DNA of 64,000 nucleotides, taken from assembly GCF_009914755.1 (NCBI RefSeq), contig NC_060925.1; one strand, 5' to 3'. A program made the position numbers and the translations under genes. Numbering within the stretch: position 1 is the first letter of the stretch; every line of letters starts with the position of its first letter. This stretch comes from the human T2T-CHM13v2.0 reference genome, Homo sapiens. Shown in pieces: positions 28,505 through 41,769 of this stretch. The notes under the pieces are model-generated. The model searched no databases. It was given only the letters and a program-made list of their open reading frames with translations, and had not been told where the DNA came from.

Positions 28505-30483
28505 TCACTTGATCAAAATAGGATCACAGGTCACTGTGAAGTCACAGTCATTCATCTAACCAGAATGATAATTAAAAGACTTCAAAATGAAAATATAGAA
28601 TGTTACATTGTTGCAGAAAAAACAGCTCTTTTATAGAGAGGACTCCATTTTCTTAAGTAATCAAGGACCTAGTAAAGACAACATGAAGCACAGGGAATCA
28701 TCTTGATGAAACAAAGGATCTTTCTTTAGGAGAATTACCTAAAAGGTACAGAAAAACCTTTCACTGTTTCCTTTTAAGAACAGATCAATACTTCAAGAAA
28801 ACCTTGTTTTAACAGAGAGGACCAAATTCTGATTTTTCATCAGTGTACTTTTGATATTAAGGCTCATCAAAAAAAAAAAAACACAAAAACTATAAGTTAG
28901 CCCATTCGACCACACTTGAAGTTCTTTTCTCTTCACAACTTCCTTGTATCCATTGGTTTGTCCTGTACTGTTCCTCTTTCTCATTGTGAAATAACCAGTC
29001 ACTCTACTTTAGAACAAAATGACTCTCTTTTTCCCTTAATTAAAATACATCCTTACATTTTATGACTTCCTTTATAAACCGTGCCATACTTCCCTTGCAT
29101 ACAGAATTATGTCCCTTATTATTTTTAGTTTTAGTTGCTTATATTAATTAGTTTTTACTCCTTAGTAATCTTAATTTCTAGTGAAAACTAGCAAGCATTG
29201 TGAACTGTCTTCTATTAACATTCACCATTTCATAATTTCTAGAAACATGTTTCCTCAGCTTTTCATGCTTATTACAGACCCAATTATATTCTCTATGCCA
29301 TACAAAAACAAGATGCCAAAGCATATATACTTTAGACTTATGTTCAGCAATTAATGTTTCAGTATTTTAATTTACTTAGAAATGATATTTTATGAATATC
29401 TATGACTTAATTTAACGTAAAATAACCGTAAGAGGAGGCTGGATATGTGGACAGGGGCCAAATGAAGAACTGCCTTCTGGTTGTAGATTTTCTTCTAAAG
29501 TCAGTTAGAGCCCCCAGAGAATGTTGAATAGAGATTGACATAATCAGATCCACAGAAAGAAAAGATCATTTGGTGGCTAGAGAGGCCAGTGAGGGGTGGA
29601 GCACATTAGAACCTCACCAGGAGAGAAATAATATGTTGATGTTTCTCTGGAAGCCCTGCCATGAGAACCTGTACTAGCTCATGGGACACGGAGGGTAGGT
29701 TGGAGGTGAGGTCAGTAAAAAACCAGATCACGGGTTCATGCCAACCTAGGACAGGCATGAAGAGATGGAGGTTTGGGTGAGGGAAGAGACTTCAGAGGAG
29801 AGTGGACAGGATGTGGAGGCAGGTGGGGATCAGCAATCCCCTGGTAGGGGCAGAGGGATTGCATCCTGGGCCTGGCATGCAACAGGCCCTGACCATACCT
29901 GCCTTTGTGCAGGCTGCCTTGCAGGTGAGGTTTAAAGCCAAAGGATGCACCCCAGCTTGCAGATACTTGGATAGGCTCAAGTTGCTATCCTTGTGTGCTA
30001 AGGGAGTCAAGAAGGCTCCCCAAAAAGTGTGTGGTGGGAGGGTGTTGAGGAGGTTGGGGAAATGGCATCATAGGATGTAGCTCACCTCACTCTGCTAAAT
30101 ACTTTTGACGTCTGACTCTGGTAAATACCTCCATCTACTTCCTCTTCCCAACCCCCCACCCACCTCCCTCCTTCGAGGAGTCCAGAAGCTACAATGCCAA
30201 AAGCAGACTACCAGCAAGAAAGGTGGGGGAAAGAAGGGGGTGGTGTGGCCACAGGCCTTCCTCCCAGCTCGCAGAGCCCCCTCCCTTGTATCAGCCCCAA
30301 GAAGGGCCAGCTTAGTTGCCTTCTTTCCAGGGATGCGTCAGGGTGTGCCAGGCTCTTCCTGCATCTGTCTCGTGGAGGTGAGGGTAACACTCCTTCCCCA
30401 GGCGTAACGTGTTCTTAGGAGCTCTGATACCTTCTGAAATTGTGTTCTTCTGAGACGTCGTAAGGAGTAAGTTCTAGGGTGGA

Positions 30484-30882
30484 GTATTAGGGTGTTTTTG
30501 CATTGATAAAAGTAAGTACCTGAGGCTAGGTAATTTATAAAGAAAAGAGGTTTAATTGGCTCAGGGTTCTGGAGGCTGTACACAGCATCTGCTTAGCTTC
30601 TGGGGAGGCCTCAGGGAGCTTTTACTCATGACAGAAGGCAAAGCAGGAGAGGAAGCAGGAGGGGGTTGGGAAGTGCCACCCTATTTTAAGCAATCAGATC
30701 TTATGAGAACTCAGAGTGAGAACTCACTCGTTACCAAGGGGGCAGTGCCGAGCTGTTCATGAGGGATCTGCCCCCAAGATCTAATACCTTTCACTACCTA
30801 ATCTAATACCTTTCACCTCGTCTAACATTGGAGATCACATTTCAACATGAGATTTGGAGGGGACAAGATCCAGACCATATCA
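30484..30882 (-). mobile_element. MaLR solo LTR (MST-like)
   Basis: ggtaatttataaagaaaagaggtttaattggctca...atcacatttcaacatgagatttggagggg...ccagaccatatca. Confidence 0.85.
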
Positions 30883-32225
30883 GGTGGGGTCAGAGGTCCT
30901 GCTAAAACTGTGACTATCAGGGATGTTATTCAGATATTAGTGTTCTGTACTTAATGGGTGCTGGGTGGGCTGCCTGTGTAAATTCCACTCCCTGCCCCTG
31001 GGGCATGAGCTTCAAATGGGAATTGTGCCTGCCACCAGGCAGGCCTCCTCCTCCTCTCATCTGCTTCAGAGACGCATGTGGGTCCAGCTGCCATGGACGT
31101 CATCCTGAGCTGTCCAGGCAGACACTCCCAGTCTGGTCTCTTCTTGCTCCCTTCTATTCTGGCTCCCATGCCTCCCAAAAACCCTCCTCTCCAGGCAGCC
31201 TGGTTTCTGCCAGTCCTCTCCTCCTCCACCTTGCTCAGGCAGTTCCCTGCCCACTGGACCGACGGTCTAGGTTCAACTCTGTTTCCACCTTTCCTGCTGA
31301 GCCCATGCCTTGGTCTGCAGGGCCGACCTCTCCAAACTTGAGAGTTCTGTGCCACATGATTTGGCCCCTGCCACTGCCCTCTCACGGCTTGTGTGTCTTC
31401 CTCTGTGCGCACCTTGGCTTCCAGCTGGAGCAGCCTCCATGTGGGTGGAACTTTGGTGGATGCTCACGGGGCACCTGACCTGGAACCTGAGCTCAGGAGA
31501 GCTGCCTGGTATATGAGCTTGTTTCTTCTCAGTTCCTGGGCTGTGGCCCAGAATGGTGCCATTATTCTCTCTGCCAATGTTTCAGCGGCCAGCAGCCTTG
31601 TGGCCCGGGGCCTGATGCAGGGGCCAGACTCTGGCCTCAAGGCTTCTTTCCCCGCAGTTCCTGGATTCCAGATGCTCCTGTTTCTGTCTGGGGACCCAGT
31701 TCCTGATACCCTTTACCCCAGTCACTCAAGCTCTGCCCACTACCAGTATCTCTGGCCCCAGGAAACTTCCCTAAGGGTCCCCTGGGGAATTCCAGATCCC
31801 CTAAGGCATGTTCTCCACCCTCTGGAACTGATCCCATTTAGAGCCCCAGGGACAAAGGCAATACCAGGGCTTTTCCTGGGGGGTGGGGGGCTGGGGGGAT
31901 GGCGAGGAGCAGGGCAAACTCCTTCAACATCTCTCAGCCCCCATCCCTGGCCCCGATTAGTAATGGAGAAACAGATACCATTATGAGGCAGTATGACTTA
32001 TGCTAATCATCCAAAACACAGGTTCCCTTTTGTGAGACGCTAGAAATGCAGACCAACTGGAATATCTCAGAGGTCCTTTTCCAAGGAAGGTGTGACCTTT
32101 GTCATAAGAGCTTTGGGATCAGGTGCTTTGAGGTTGGCAGGGGTGAGGCATTGCATTAGGGGAGATGGGCGGGCAGAGGGGGTACCAGCCCCTCTTATTT
32201 ACCCCTGGGTTTTTTGTCCTTTCAG

Positions 32226-32326
32226 CCTGGAGGCCGGCCCTGTATCTCGCCGCCCTGGACTGTGCTGAGGAGACCAACAGTGCAGTCTGCAGAGACTTCA
32301 ACATCCCTGGCTTCCCGACTGTGAGG
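32226..32326 (+). CDS. QSOX1: QSOX1 exon 2
   Basis: Acceptor tttttgtcctttcag; (A)WRPALYLAALDCAEETNSAVCRDFNIPGFPTVR, which includes the Trx cis-Pro FPT motif; donor AGG|GTGTGT. Confidence 0.96.
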
Positions 32327-34245
32327 GTGTGTGACTGACAGGAGGGGAAGGCAGGCTGGGCCTGCTTTGTTTCCCTTTATAAGGGAAAGGGACCATGTGG
32401 GATGTGTCGGGATGGGCAGATTTCAGCTGCTCTGATTTGAGCTGGGAGGTGATCATCACTTGGGCTGGTGAGAGCTCCCACCTCCCAAGGTCCTCTTCAA
32501 TTGCTCTCCCTCTTGACCTCCAAGCCTTAAGAGGTCTGATCTAACTCTATAAAACCAGGATTCAGGCTCTGACCCACCTGTGGGCAGGGTCAGACTCTAG
32601 AAGCCTAGTGGTCCCCCACAAAGGGACCCCAGACACTCTGGCAAGCCTCAGCCTCCTCAGGCAAAAATGCCTTGAACCACAGGTAGCTAAGAAGGGACCT
32701 GTCAGGGTAGCCTCACCCCACTGTCAGAATGTCAGTGCCTCAGGCAGCAGGGATCCCCGGCACGGGAGTTATCACACCCAAGGCATGAGGGCTTTGTCAC
32801 CCCCGCTCTGGTGGAAAGTGGCACGAGATCTCTGATGATGCCTTACCTGCCAGCCTGCCCAGTGCAGGGCATCAACAGCTTAATTAACGTCTGAACAGCT
32901 TCCAAGGCTCTCAAATAGGAGGCCCTGGATAGCCCAGGGCAGCAAGGCTGCTGCAGTTATGGTGAGGGCCCTCCCCTGGGCTCAGGCCTGGCTCCAATCC
33001 AATTAGTTTTCTTCCAGATTAGAGAAGCCAAATTCAAATCTCTGTCTCTGTAGCACCAGCTATAAATAATATGTACCCTCCCACCAGAATGGCATCTAGA
33101 AAAGCAGTTTCTTCTGTAGCCATTAAGGATTATTAGGAAATGCCTTTGAAAGCTGAAATGCCAAGCATTGTCCCTGGAACAAGATACCTCTGAGCTGGGG
33201 GTAGGGGCAGCCAAGTTTCAAGCAGAACTGTGAGCCAGAACTCAGCTTAATTACCCCAGCAGCATCCATCCGGGAAGTAAGGCCGTGGCTCCACCAGGAA
33301 CATCCAGCTCTAACTCCATGTGACCTTTCTGTTCCTCGAGCCCAGTGCAACCCCCACTGGATTCAGGGTTTCCACACCTAATAGAAGTCCCTTCCTAAAC
33401 TGTTACCACATAGGGTCAGGGCCCCCCAGGCCCCAGGTTTAGCTGAGACCAGGTTGGTCTCCTGATAGCGAACCAACAGCTACTGCCGTGTCATTGAAAA
33501 GTGGCAGCAGAGAGTCTGCATGTCAATCATCCCTTTGAAATGAAAGGCCTTCCTGGCAGGGACATGGTGCTATCTTTGGCCCTAAGGTGTGTAATTGAGA
33601 ATATTCAAACAGGGCACTCTGTTCCTTTGGCTGAACCAGGGTGAGTGGCCCTGAGTGGGAAGCTGTGGGCAAGTTAGTGTGGCACAAGGAACCATCATTC
33701 ACAGGCTGATATTTTTCTCCCAGTGAGCATGAGCCGCAGGGGTGCAGCCACTGCCCAGCCCCCAGGGGAGGGGTTGACACTGGTACAGCAGCCAGGGCAA
33801 GACAACCGATTGGAGTTCTGTAGGGCCTGACACCTGAGCTTTCTGACTCTGCCTGGGAGAGGCTGGGCACAGCAGGGATGAAGGAGGCGGCCTAGGCCCA
33901 GGAGGTCAGAGGCTCCTCAGCGCCACCCCATGTCACGCAGCGCACGCAGCCTGGATGCCTCAGGTGAGTCACCATCTCCTGAACTGCCTGGCTGGCTGTG
34001 GGAGGGGCACTGGGAGGGCCCTCGCTGGGCTCCTCAGCCCTCCCCTGCCTCCAGACGGGCAGCACCTGGCAGGGCCAGTCTGGTAGTCATCTGTCCACAG
34101 ACCAACACGGTGGCCTCCCCCGGCAAAGCCTTTCCTGCCTCTCCTGAGGAACCTGTGGCTCAGTTTTGGCCAGGGGGAGGCACCCAGTGCCCAGTCCATA
34201 GGCCAAGTGGCTTGAGCTGGCAGGTCTCTGCTCTGAGGTCCTATG

Positions 34246-34490
34246 CAGCGGCTCTCAAATAGTTTCTTACTGTGACCAACTGTAAGCAATACACATTTTT
34301 ACATTGTGATCCCAAAGTTGGTATGTATCTATTATCATTAAACCAGAAGTTTCATAAAACAAGATTCTTACTAAGTGCAGTTAAACTGTGATATTTTCTG
34401 TTCTATTTTTTTTTTTAAATCCGGCTGTGATTAAATACATTGATTTGACAGCTCATTACAAGGTTGTTTCTAGTGTTTGGAAAACACTAC
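34246..34490. mobile_element. Old hAT-Charlie-type DNA transposon fragment
   Basis: AT-rich island bounded by cagcggctctcaaa ... tttggaaaacact (degenerate TIRs). Confidence 0.5.
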
Positions 34491-36549
34491 TCAAACAGAT
34501 TCCAATATCCAGAGATTCGGGGCCATGAAGAACCTGTGTGCCCTTGGCAGAGGCTGACCTGGAGACTGCTGGTGGGCCAGAGACATAGCCCTGTTGCCCT
34601 GCCTGCTGCCCTCTGGGGGCTGGAGCCTGTCCTTGCACTCTGTCCATGAAGAGCTGAAAAGCGAGGGCCCATGCGAAGCAGGGGGAGGAGAGAGTGCTTT
34701 TGGTATGATGGGGACAGGCCCACACACAAGTCTGGCCTCCCTGAGTGGCATGTGTGACTGTCCTTTTCTTCTGCCTCCAGCCCCTTGTCACTATGAGCAA
34801 ACAGTGAGCTTCTACCAGCCCAGCCTGTTTAGCAAACACCTGGGCCCTGAAGGGCGGGCCAGCTGTGTCAGGTCCCCATCAGGTTGGAGCCAGAGCCCAG
34901 CTGGAAGGAAACAAAGGTGTGGGAGAGGGAGGGGCTGGTTGGCTGCAGGTTCTGGCTGGAGCTTGGCAACCTAGAGGCTGGAACTTCCGGGTCAAGGGGC
35001 TTCTCCGTGGGCCTCAGGAGTGCCCTTCAGTGGGAATAGAATGGGACTTTTTATGGCCGAAGGCCTGGCCGGAGCAAGGGGTACACAGCACAGCAGCATA
35101 GGGGTGGGGAAGGGCAGGTCTTCTCTCTTCGAGGCTCTGAGGAGATCAGTGATGTGGTTTCAAATCCAGGCCTCTCTGCTTACTGTGTGTGGCTTGGAAA
35201 GTCACTTATCAGTGCCCCAGCCGTGGGCCCCAGTTTCCTTGTCTGTAAACATGGGATGATAACATCCACCTAAGAGGACCGTTGCCAAGTGTGAAGTGAG
35301 GTCTCCCATATGCAAGTGCCACCATGCTAGTGTGATTTGGACTTCAGTAAAAGTTAGTTTGCTTCCTTCCCGTTGTCCCATCTCACTCCTGGGCCACCCA
35401 TGGGGCTGCTGGTAGCTGGTGTGTGGCTGCTGCTGGACTGTGTGGCAGTCCATCCATCTGTCAGCAGCCACTGCGGGCCTACTTGCTGGGTGCCCAGCAC
35501 CGCACTCACCACTGCAGGCGTGGCCAGGAGCGTGAGATCCCCAGAGCCCATGGCCAGTGAGAGGCGGCCAGGGATAGGTACCCAGGGAATGCCACAGGAG
35601 TTTGCTGGGCTCACGGAGCTCTTTCACTGGTCAGAGAGGAGTGTGTGTAGGAGAGGACTTCTACTTGGTGTTGAAGGACAGATGGGGTTTGGCTGGGAGA
35701 GAGGAGGAATGTGGGCGGGCCTTATAGGCAGGCGAGAAGGTGAGAGCCAAGGCCCTCTGTGGGCAGGGCGAGGTGGCGTGTTGAGGAGACTCGTCCAGCT
35801 GGGCAGAGGCTCATGTTGAGGGATGAGGCAGAGCTGGGGGAGGAGGGAGCCCAGAAATGGCAGGTCCTTGAATGCAGGTTTGGAAGCAGGGACGCCCTGT
35901 GAGGGTACAGAGTCTGGGCTGTTACCTTCTGTGGCTTTTGCTAGAAGGTGAGATGTCAGGGAGGAAGACAGGACTCCAGGATGTCTCCTGTCTCTCTCTG
36001 GAAAAAGGAGGTGGGCCCCTTTCTCAGCAGTCAGCTGCTGTTTTTGAGGTCTTCTCCATGGATAATCCACGGTGTTGGAAGTGGTTAAGGTAATGGATCC
36101 TCATGGGCTTACCATAAAAATATCTGGAGGCTGGACCATTTTCCTTAAAACGTTATAAAAGCTGGAATTGAATGCCATCGGTGTCACCCCTGGGAAGTGT
36201 GCTTTCTCTTGAGCTCTTTTGGCCCCGAGATAGCAGTCACTCCATAGTTTCGTGAAGACCAGCCTGGTGTTGCCTGGTTTTCTGCCATTAGGGAGCAGCT
36301 AGAGGTCTTCCAGTAGCTCCTGTGTAAAGTGATGAAAGAAAAGGGCTGGGTGCTGACTGCTCCTGGAGAAAAGCAACACACTCCCAAAGTCTTAATTGCC
36401 TGCTTCCAGGGAGCTGTGGTGGTTTCCCTTGGGCAGGGCACACGCCCCAGTGGTTGACTTAATAAGGATACATTTTAATCAGAGGACAAAAATGTGCCCT
36501 GACTTGATTTCCGCATGGGCTTCCAGCATGGTCAAAGGGCAGAGATTCT

Positions 36550-37900
36550 CTGTTCAGCTGAACAGATGTCTATTGAGAGATGCCAGACACTGTGGAGCTT
36601 GCAGAGATAAATAAAATGTCGTCCTGCTTCCTGGTCAGAGGTGGGTGCATGGGTGAGTGGTGGATTCAGGTTGAAGTTCATTGCAGCTGGAGTGGTGGGA
36701 ATGGAGGGCAATGTGAGGTGAGTTTGGGTTTGGAGCCTGGAAGGCCTTGAATGCAGTGAGTTTGGACATTATTCATTGACAGTGGGGAGTCATGGAAGAG
36801 ATTTGAGGAGGAGCAAAATGTTCAGACCAGAACTGTGCCTTAGAAAACTAACCTTAGTAGCAGTGAGGAAGATAGCTGGAGTATGAAAAGATTGAGCATA
36901 CTAAAACTTCTGAGAGCATGAAAGGTGGGGACTGATGCAGTGACCCAAAAATACGTCATCATCTGTCGGGCCTGGTCTAGACAAGGCAGGTGGAGAAGGA
37001 GAGGACTTTTGAAGAGGTAACACGGAGGTCAAATTCATAGGACTTGTCAGCTAACTGGATGACGGGTTTTTGAAGAGGGGGATGGTGTGGGTGGCAGGGA
37101 GGGGGACTGGTTGCTGGGTGAGGTAAACACAGGTGGCAAAGCAGGTTGAGAGAGGGGTGATTCAGTCTTGGGGATGGTGGGGGAGGGGCTGTGTCCAGAC
37201 ACCTGAGTGGAGGCCACCAGGAAGAACCAGGAGTCTAGGACAGGTGAGGTCTGAGATGCAGAGGGTTCAGATGGCAAATCATTTGGACAAAGTCATTGGC
37301 TTTGGCAAGGGAGAAATGATAGGTTTGTTCATTGATCCCTTTATCCACTCATCATTTAGAAGCAAGATTGAGCAACTTCTTTGTGACAGTGCCTTCAACA
37401 GCTTTTTAAACAGAAGAGTGTCAGGACCTGACATGTGTCTGTAGGAGAGACCGGGGTAGGAGATGGGGGTGGACAGTGGGCACAGGAGAGCAGTCGAAAG
37501 TGAAGCTAGGACCAGGGCAAGGGGGCCAAGTAAGGCTGGTCAGTGTCAAGCCAACCAGGGGAGGGTGGCAACGTGAAAGCAACAAAGGAGAGCAACCACA
37601 AAATGTGGCACGAAAGTTGACAAATGCTCGCCATGGGAAGACAAAGCAGGCAGTAATAACATCTGTACCAGAGAGAGGCCAGGAGGGCGGGGAGAGATCA
37701 CTGGAGTGGCTGAAGAGAAGGTCACCAAGGAGCTTCCCTAGAACGGCTTCAACTGAGGGTTGTGGGGATGGCCAGAGAGCAGTCTGAGGAGCAAGGGCAG
37801 ACGCTGTTCCAGGAACGTTGGCAGCATGGGGACACGGGAAGGAAATGCGGTTACTCGAGAAGGAAGGAGGGCCTCTCTTCATCCCCATCCTCCTTCCCTT
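36550..37900 (-). mobile_element. Degraded L2 LINE fragments
   Basis: Purine-rich + strand with L2-like phrases (gacagtggggagtcatggaagagatttgag; ggtgaggtctgagatgcagag); boundaries approximate. Confidence 0.5.
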
Positions 37901-38240
37901 CCCATCCTTTCCTTTTTTAAGGGTTAGACTAGAAGGATTCGAATCTATCTGTAGGCCTAGTTGGGCAGCTGTAGTAGAAAAGAGGAATGATGAGAGATGG
38001 CTAGGAAGAAGTTCCTGAAGAGCGTGAGGCGTGGGAGCCAGAACTCGGAGGAGACATTGGCCTGGGAGGTGGGTGCGAAGCTTCTGAGGACAGAAGGGAA
38101 CAGCTGAGGTGCAGCAGGGCCTTCCCTTCAGCCTGCATCCTGGGGAGAGGCTCTTGGGGTCCCTGCATCCCCCTGGGCCACTCTGGCTGACCGAGGTTCC
38201 TGGTCAGACTCCAAGCTGCTTGTGGCTGCTGGGATCTTGA

Positions 38241-38553
<313 letters not shown>

Positions 38554-38844
38554 TGGAGAGGCTGCCTTTTGGTAGAAGTAATGCAAGCCTCTTTTAATAT
38601 GGGCACCTGCTCAGATGTGGGTGACCTGATGGTTGATGACAAAAAAATGACCATATTACTTTTCAGAGGTGAAAATAACAGCTGTAGCTGTGGGAAAGCC
38701 ACCCATCTCAAGGCTTCATGATGTCAGTGTTGTTCTCATATATGTAGAAACCAGTCAAAGTGTAACCTGTCTGTAAATAAACAAGAGCACCATCACCATG
38801 AATAACTGCAGCGCAACATCACCCTCGGGTTTCTTTTTTGTTTT

Positions 38845-38998
38845 TAAATTTTATTTATTTTTAATTTTTAACTTTTTGTAGAGATGGGGCCTCACTGTGT
38901 TGCCTAGGGTGGTCTTGAACTCCAGGGTTCAAGTGATCCTCCCTCCTAGGTCTCCCAAAGTGCTGGGATTACAGGTGCGAGCCACTGCACCTGACTTG
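38845..38998 (-). mobile_element. Alu monomer (FLAM / left arm), antisense
   Basis: Single arm: tttttgtagagatgggg...cccaaagtgctgggattacaggtgcgagccactgcacc. Confidence 0.85.
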
Positions 38999-40617
38999 GT
39001 TTATTATTTGTCGGCAAACCAAACCCCAAATAGATGTATCTTCAATTTTGTTCATGAAAAAGTGTCAGTCCATAAATGCCGTAACTTACATTATCAATAC
39101 GATCTCCTAATCAAGGAAATTTATGATCATTTTCTTAAGTATTAGGATAACATAATTTTAATAGGCCAATAAAATTAAATAACTGTAAAGAACGCTATTT
39201 AAATATGTGTGGTATGTATAAGTGGATGGTTTTCATCCACAATAAAAGTTTATATTAATGTTTTGAAAAGAGAGAGTAAAGCAGTGAGCAGGAGTAAGGG
39301 CCCGGGGGAGGTCACAGGGAGCAGAAGGTTGCAGATGGGGAGAGACAGGTGGCTTCTCTGCAGCCTTTGTTCCTCATGTGGGAGAGGGTAGCAGGTGGCT
39401 TCCAGATTTTCTGCCTACAAATGTCTGTAACAAACAAGTCCTAGCTGATCATGGTTCCTAGTGTTTAAAAGGTATGAAGGAGGGAAGGGGATGCTGGTGG
39501 TGGGTGATGATGGTACAGTTAACATGTACCAGTTCCTTGATGTATGCACTAGGTACCATGCTAAGCACTTTAGATGTATGGTCATGGAATCCTCACAAGT
39601 CTTCAAGGTAGATGGTGTCATCCTCATTTCAAAGATGAGAACACAAAGGTTCGGAGCAGTTGACGCGTTGCCCAAGGTCACACAGCAAGAGCAAAGCAGA
39701 ACCAGTCCTTGAACGAGGTCTGCCAGAGCCCGGGGCCTGTTCTCAGCTGCCAGCTTGGGATAAGGCCAAACAGCTCTATCCCAAGGAGGGAGAAGGAAAC
39801 CAGTGTTTGGCTGTTGGAGGCAGAAGTCCAAGGTAGTGAAAAGTGGCCCCGAGGCTAGAGTCCCACAGGAAGAAGCCTCTTCCCAGCCTGCAGGCTCTCC
39901 CCTAGGCAGTTCAGTGGCCGGCTTCCAGGACAACTCAACTGTGTTCCCTCCTGAATCGGAAGAGCGCAGGCAAAAGCCTTGGCAGCTGTCTTGCCGCCTG
40001 GGCAGAAGCCCAGATTGCCAGGAGTCAGGCTCTGTTCGGTCTGTCCTCTTGCCCCAAGGAGGTGACAGACTAGGCTTGGGGTGTCATGTACATGGGAAAA
40101 GAGGACAAAGTGGTGAGTTAAATCAGCTAGTCTGTAGCAAGGCATGTTTCCCCAGGGACTCAGGTCCCCGCTTCAAGAGAACCTGTTCTGGAGACCCCTT
40201 CCTTGACTGTGTCTGCTGTGCTGGGCTGGGACTTAGTGGACAGAGACAGCAGCCTGTAAGCCCCTTTTCCCAAGTAAGGAGCAAGGGCACATTGACATAG
40301 AAGCAAGCTGACATTTCCCAAGGGACGTAGGAAGTGCCTGCACTTCATGTTTTCAGATGAGTCTGCAAAGGAAAACAGCAGTGGTACTTCATCACTCATC
40401 CATTCGATAAATATTGGTTAGTAATTACATGCTAGGTACTGTGCTGCATAGAAATGGCCCTCGAGGAGGAAAGTGTATGAACTGCTGCCCACAGGATCCA
40501 TGGATGCTTCTGAGGGGTGTGGGAGGGTAACAGGGGAGGGAGCCAGTGTCCAGCTCCTAGAGCAACCTCCCCCCAACTCCCCCCAATTCACCATTTTACA
40601 GATGAAGAAACAGGCTC

Positions 40618-40929
<312 letters not shown>

Positions 40930-41056
40930 TCAACAACATTAAGTGATTTGCCCAGCCACCGCATTGAATAAGTAGGCAGATTTTCAGAGCAGGCCTGCGT
41001 GGCTGCACTCTTGGCCACTATCTATTACTGATGCCCACCTGTGTGTTTGCTTCCAG

Positions 41057-41102
41057 TTCTTCAAGGCCTTTACCAAGAACGGCTCGGGAGCAGTATTTCC
41101 AG
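41057..41102 (+). CDS. QSOX1: QSOX1 exon 3 (46-nt small exon)
   Basis: Acceptor tttgcttccag; FFKAFTKNGSGAVFP with an NGS sequon at N130; donor CAG|GTGGGT. Confidence 0.95.
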
Positions 41103-41666
41103 GTGGGTGCCCAGCTCTGGTTGTCCTGTTAGCATCTTCCTCCCCCAACCTCCCTCTTCACCTGGGTTTCTATTGGGGTGGAGAAAGCCCTGGCAGTCGG
41201 CAGGGTCGAGGGTGAGGCGGTCCCCACGGGAAGCCTAACTTGTGTCTTCCCAAAACTATCCTCCCAGTCAGCTTTAGGGAAAGGCAGGATGAAGAAGCCC
41301 TTCAGGTTGGACATATCCAGGGCCCTAGGGTCGGGGCAGGGGCACCATGTTCCCAGAAGAGCTCTTCTGTCACAATGGGGTTGGCGCCCAGAGAGCAGAC
41401 CAGAGCCCTTGGGGAAAGTCCTGACGACTCCCAGTTCTGAGGGATTCTTTCCTGTCTGAGGGATGGGTGTCCTTGCACTACTTGGGGCCACAGGAGGACT
41501 ACTCAAGCCCCATTCTTCTAGCACAGGGAAGGACTGACGCCTCGTCTGTCTCTGTCAGAGCTGGCTGTGCCCTCGGCCCTTTGTTTCTGGGAGTGAAGGT
41601 GGCCAGTGTGCTGTGGAAGCAGCTCTGCTCTCCTGACACTCCGCTCACGCCTGTTTTCATTTACAG

Positions 41667-41769
41667 TGGCTGGTGCTGACGTGCAGACGCTGCGGGAGAG
41701 GCTCATTGACGCCCTGGAGTCCCATCATGACACGTGGCCCCCAGCCTGTCCCCCACTGGAGCCTGCCAA
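41667..41769 (+). CDS. QSOX1: QSOX1 exon 4
   Basis: Acceptor ttttcatttacag; VAGADVQTLRERLIDALESHHDTWPPACPPLEPA(K); donor CAA|GTACTT. Confidence 0.95.

Larger units (their letters stand above)
25599..29430 (-). mobile_element. ERV1 (MER4-group-like) internal region remnant, 5'-truncated
   Basis: An AT-rich ~3.8-kb block contiguous with the PPT and LTR. Its composition differs sharply from the GC-richer intron, and no matching second LTR is seen. Confidence 0.65.
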
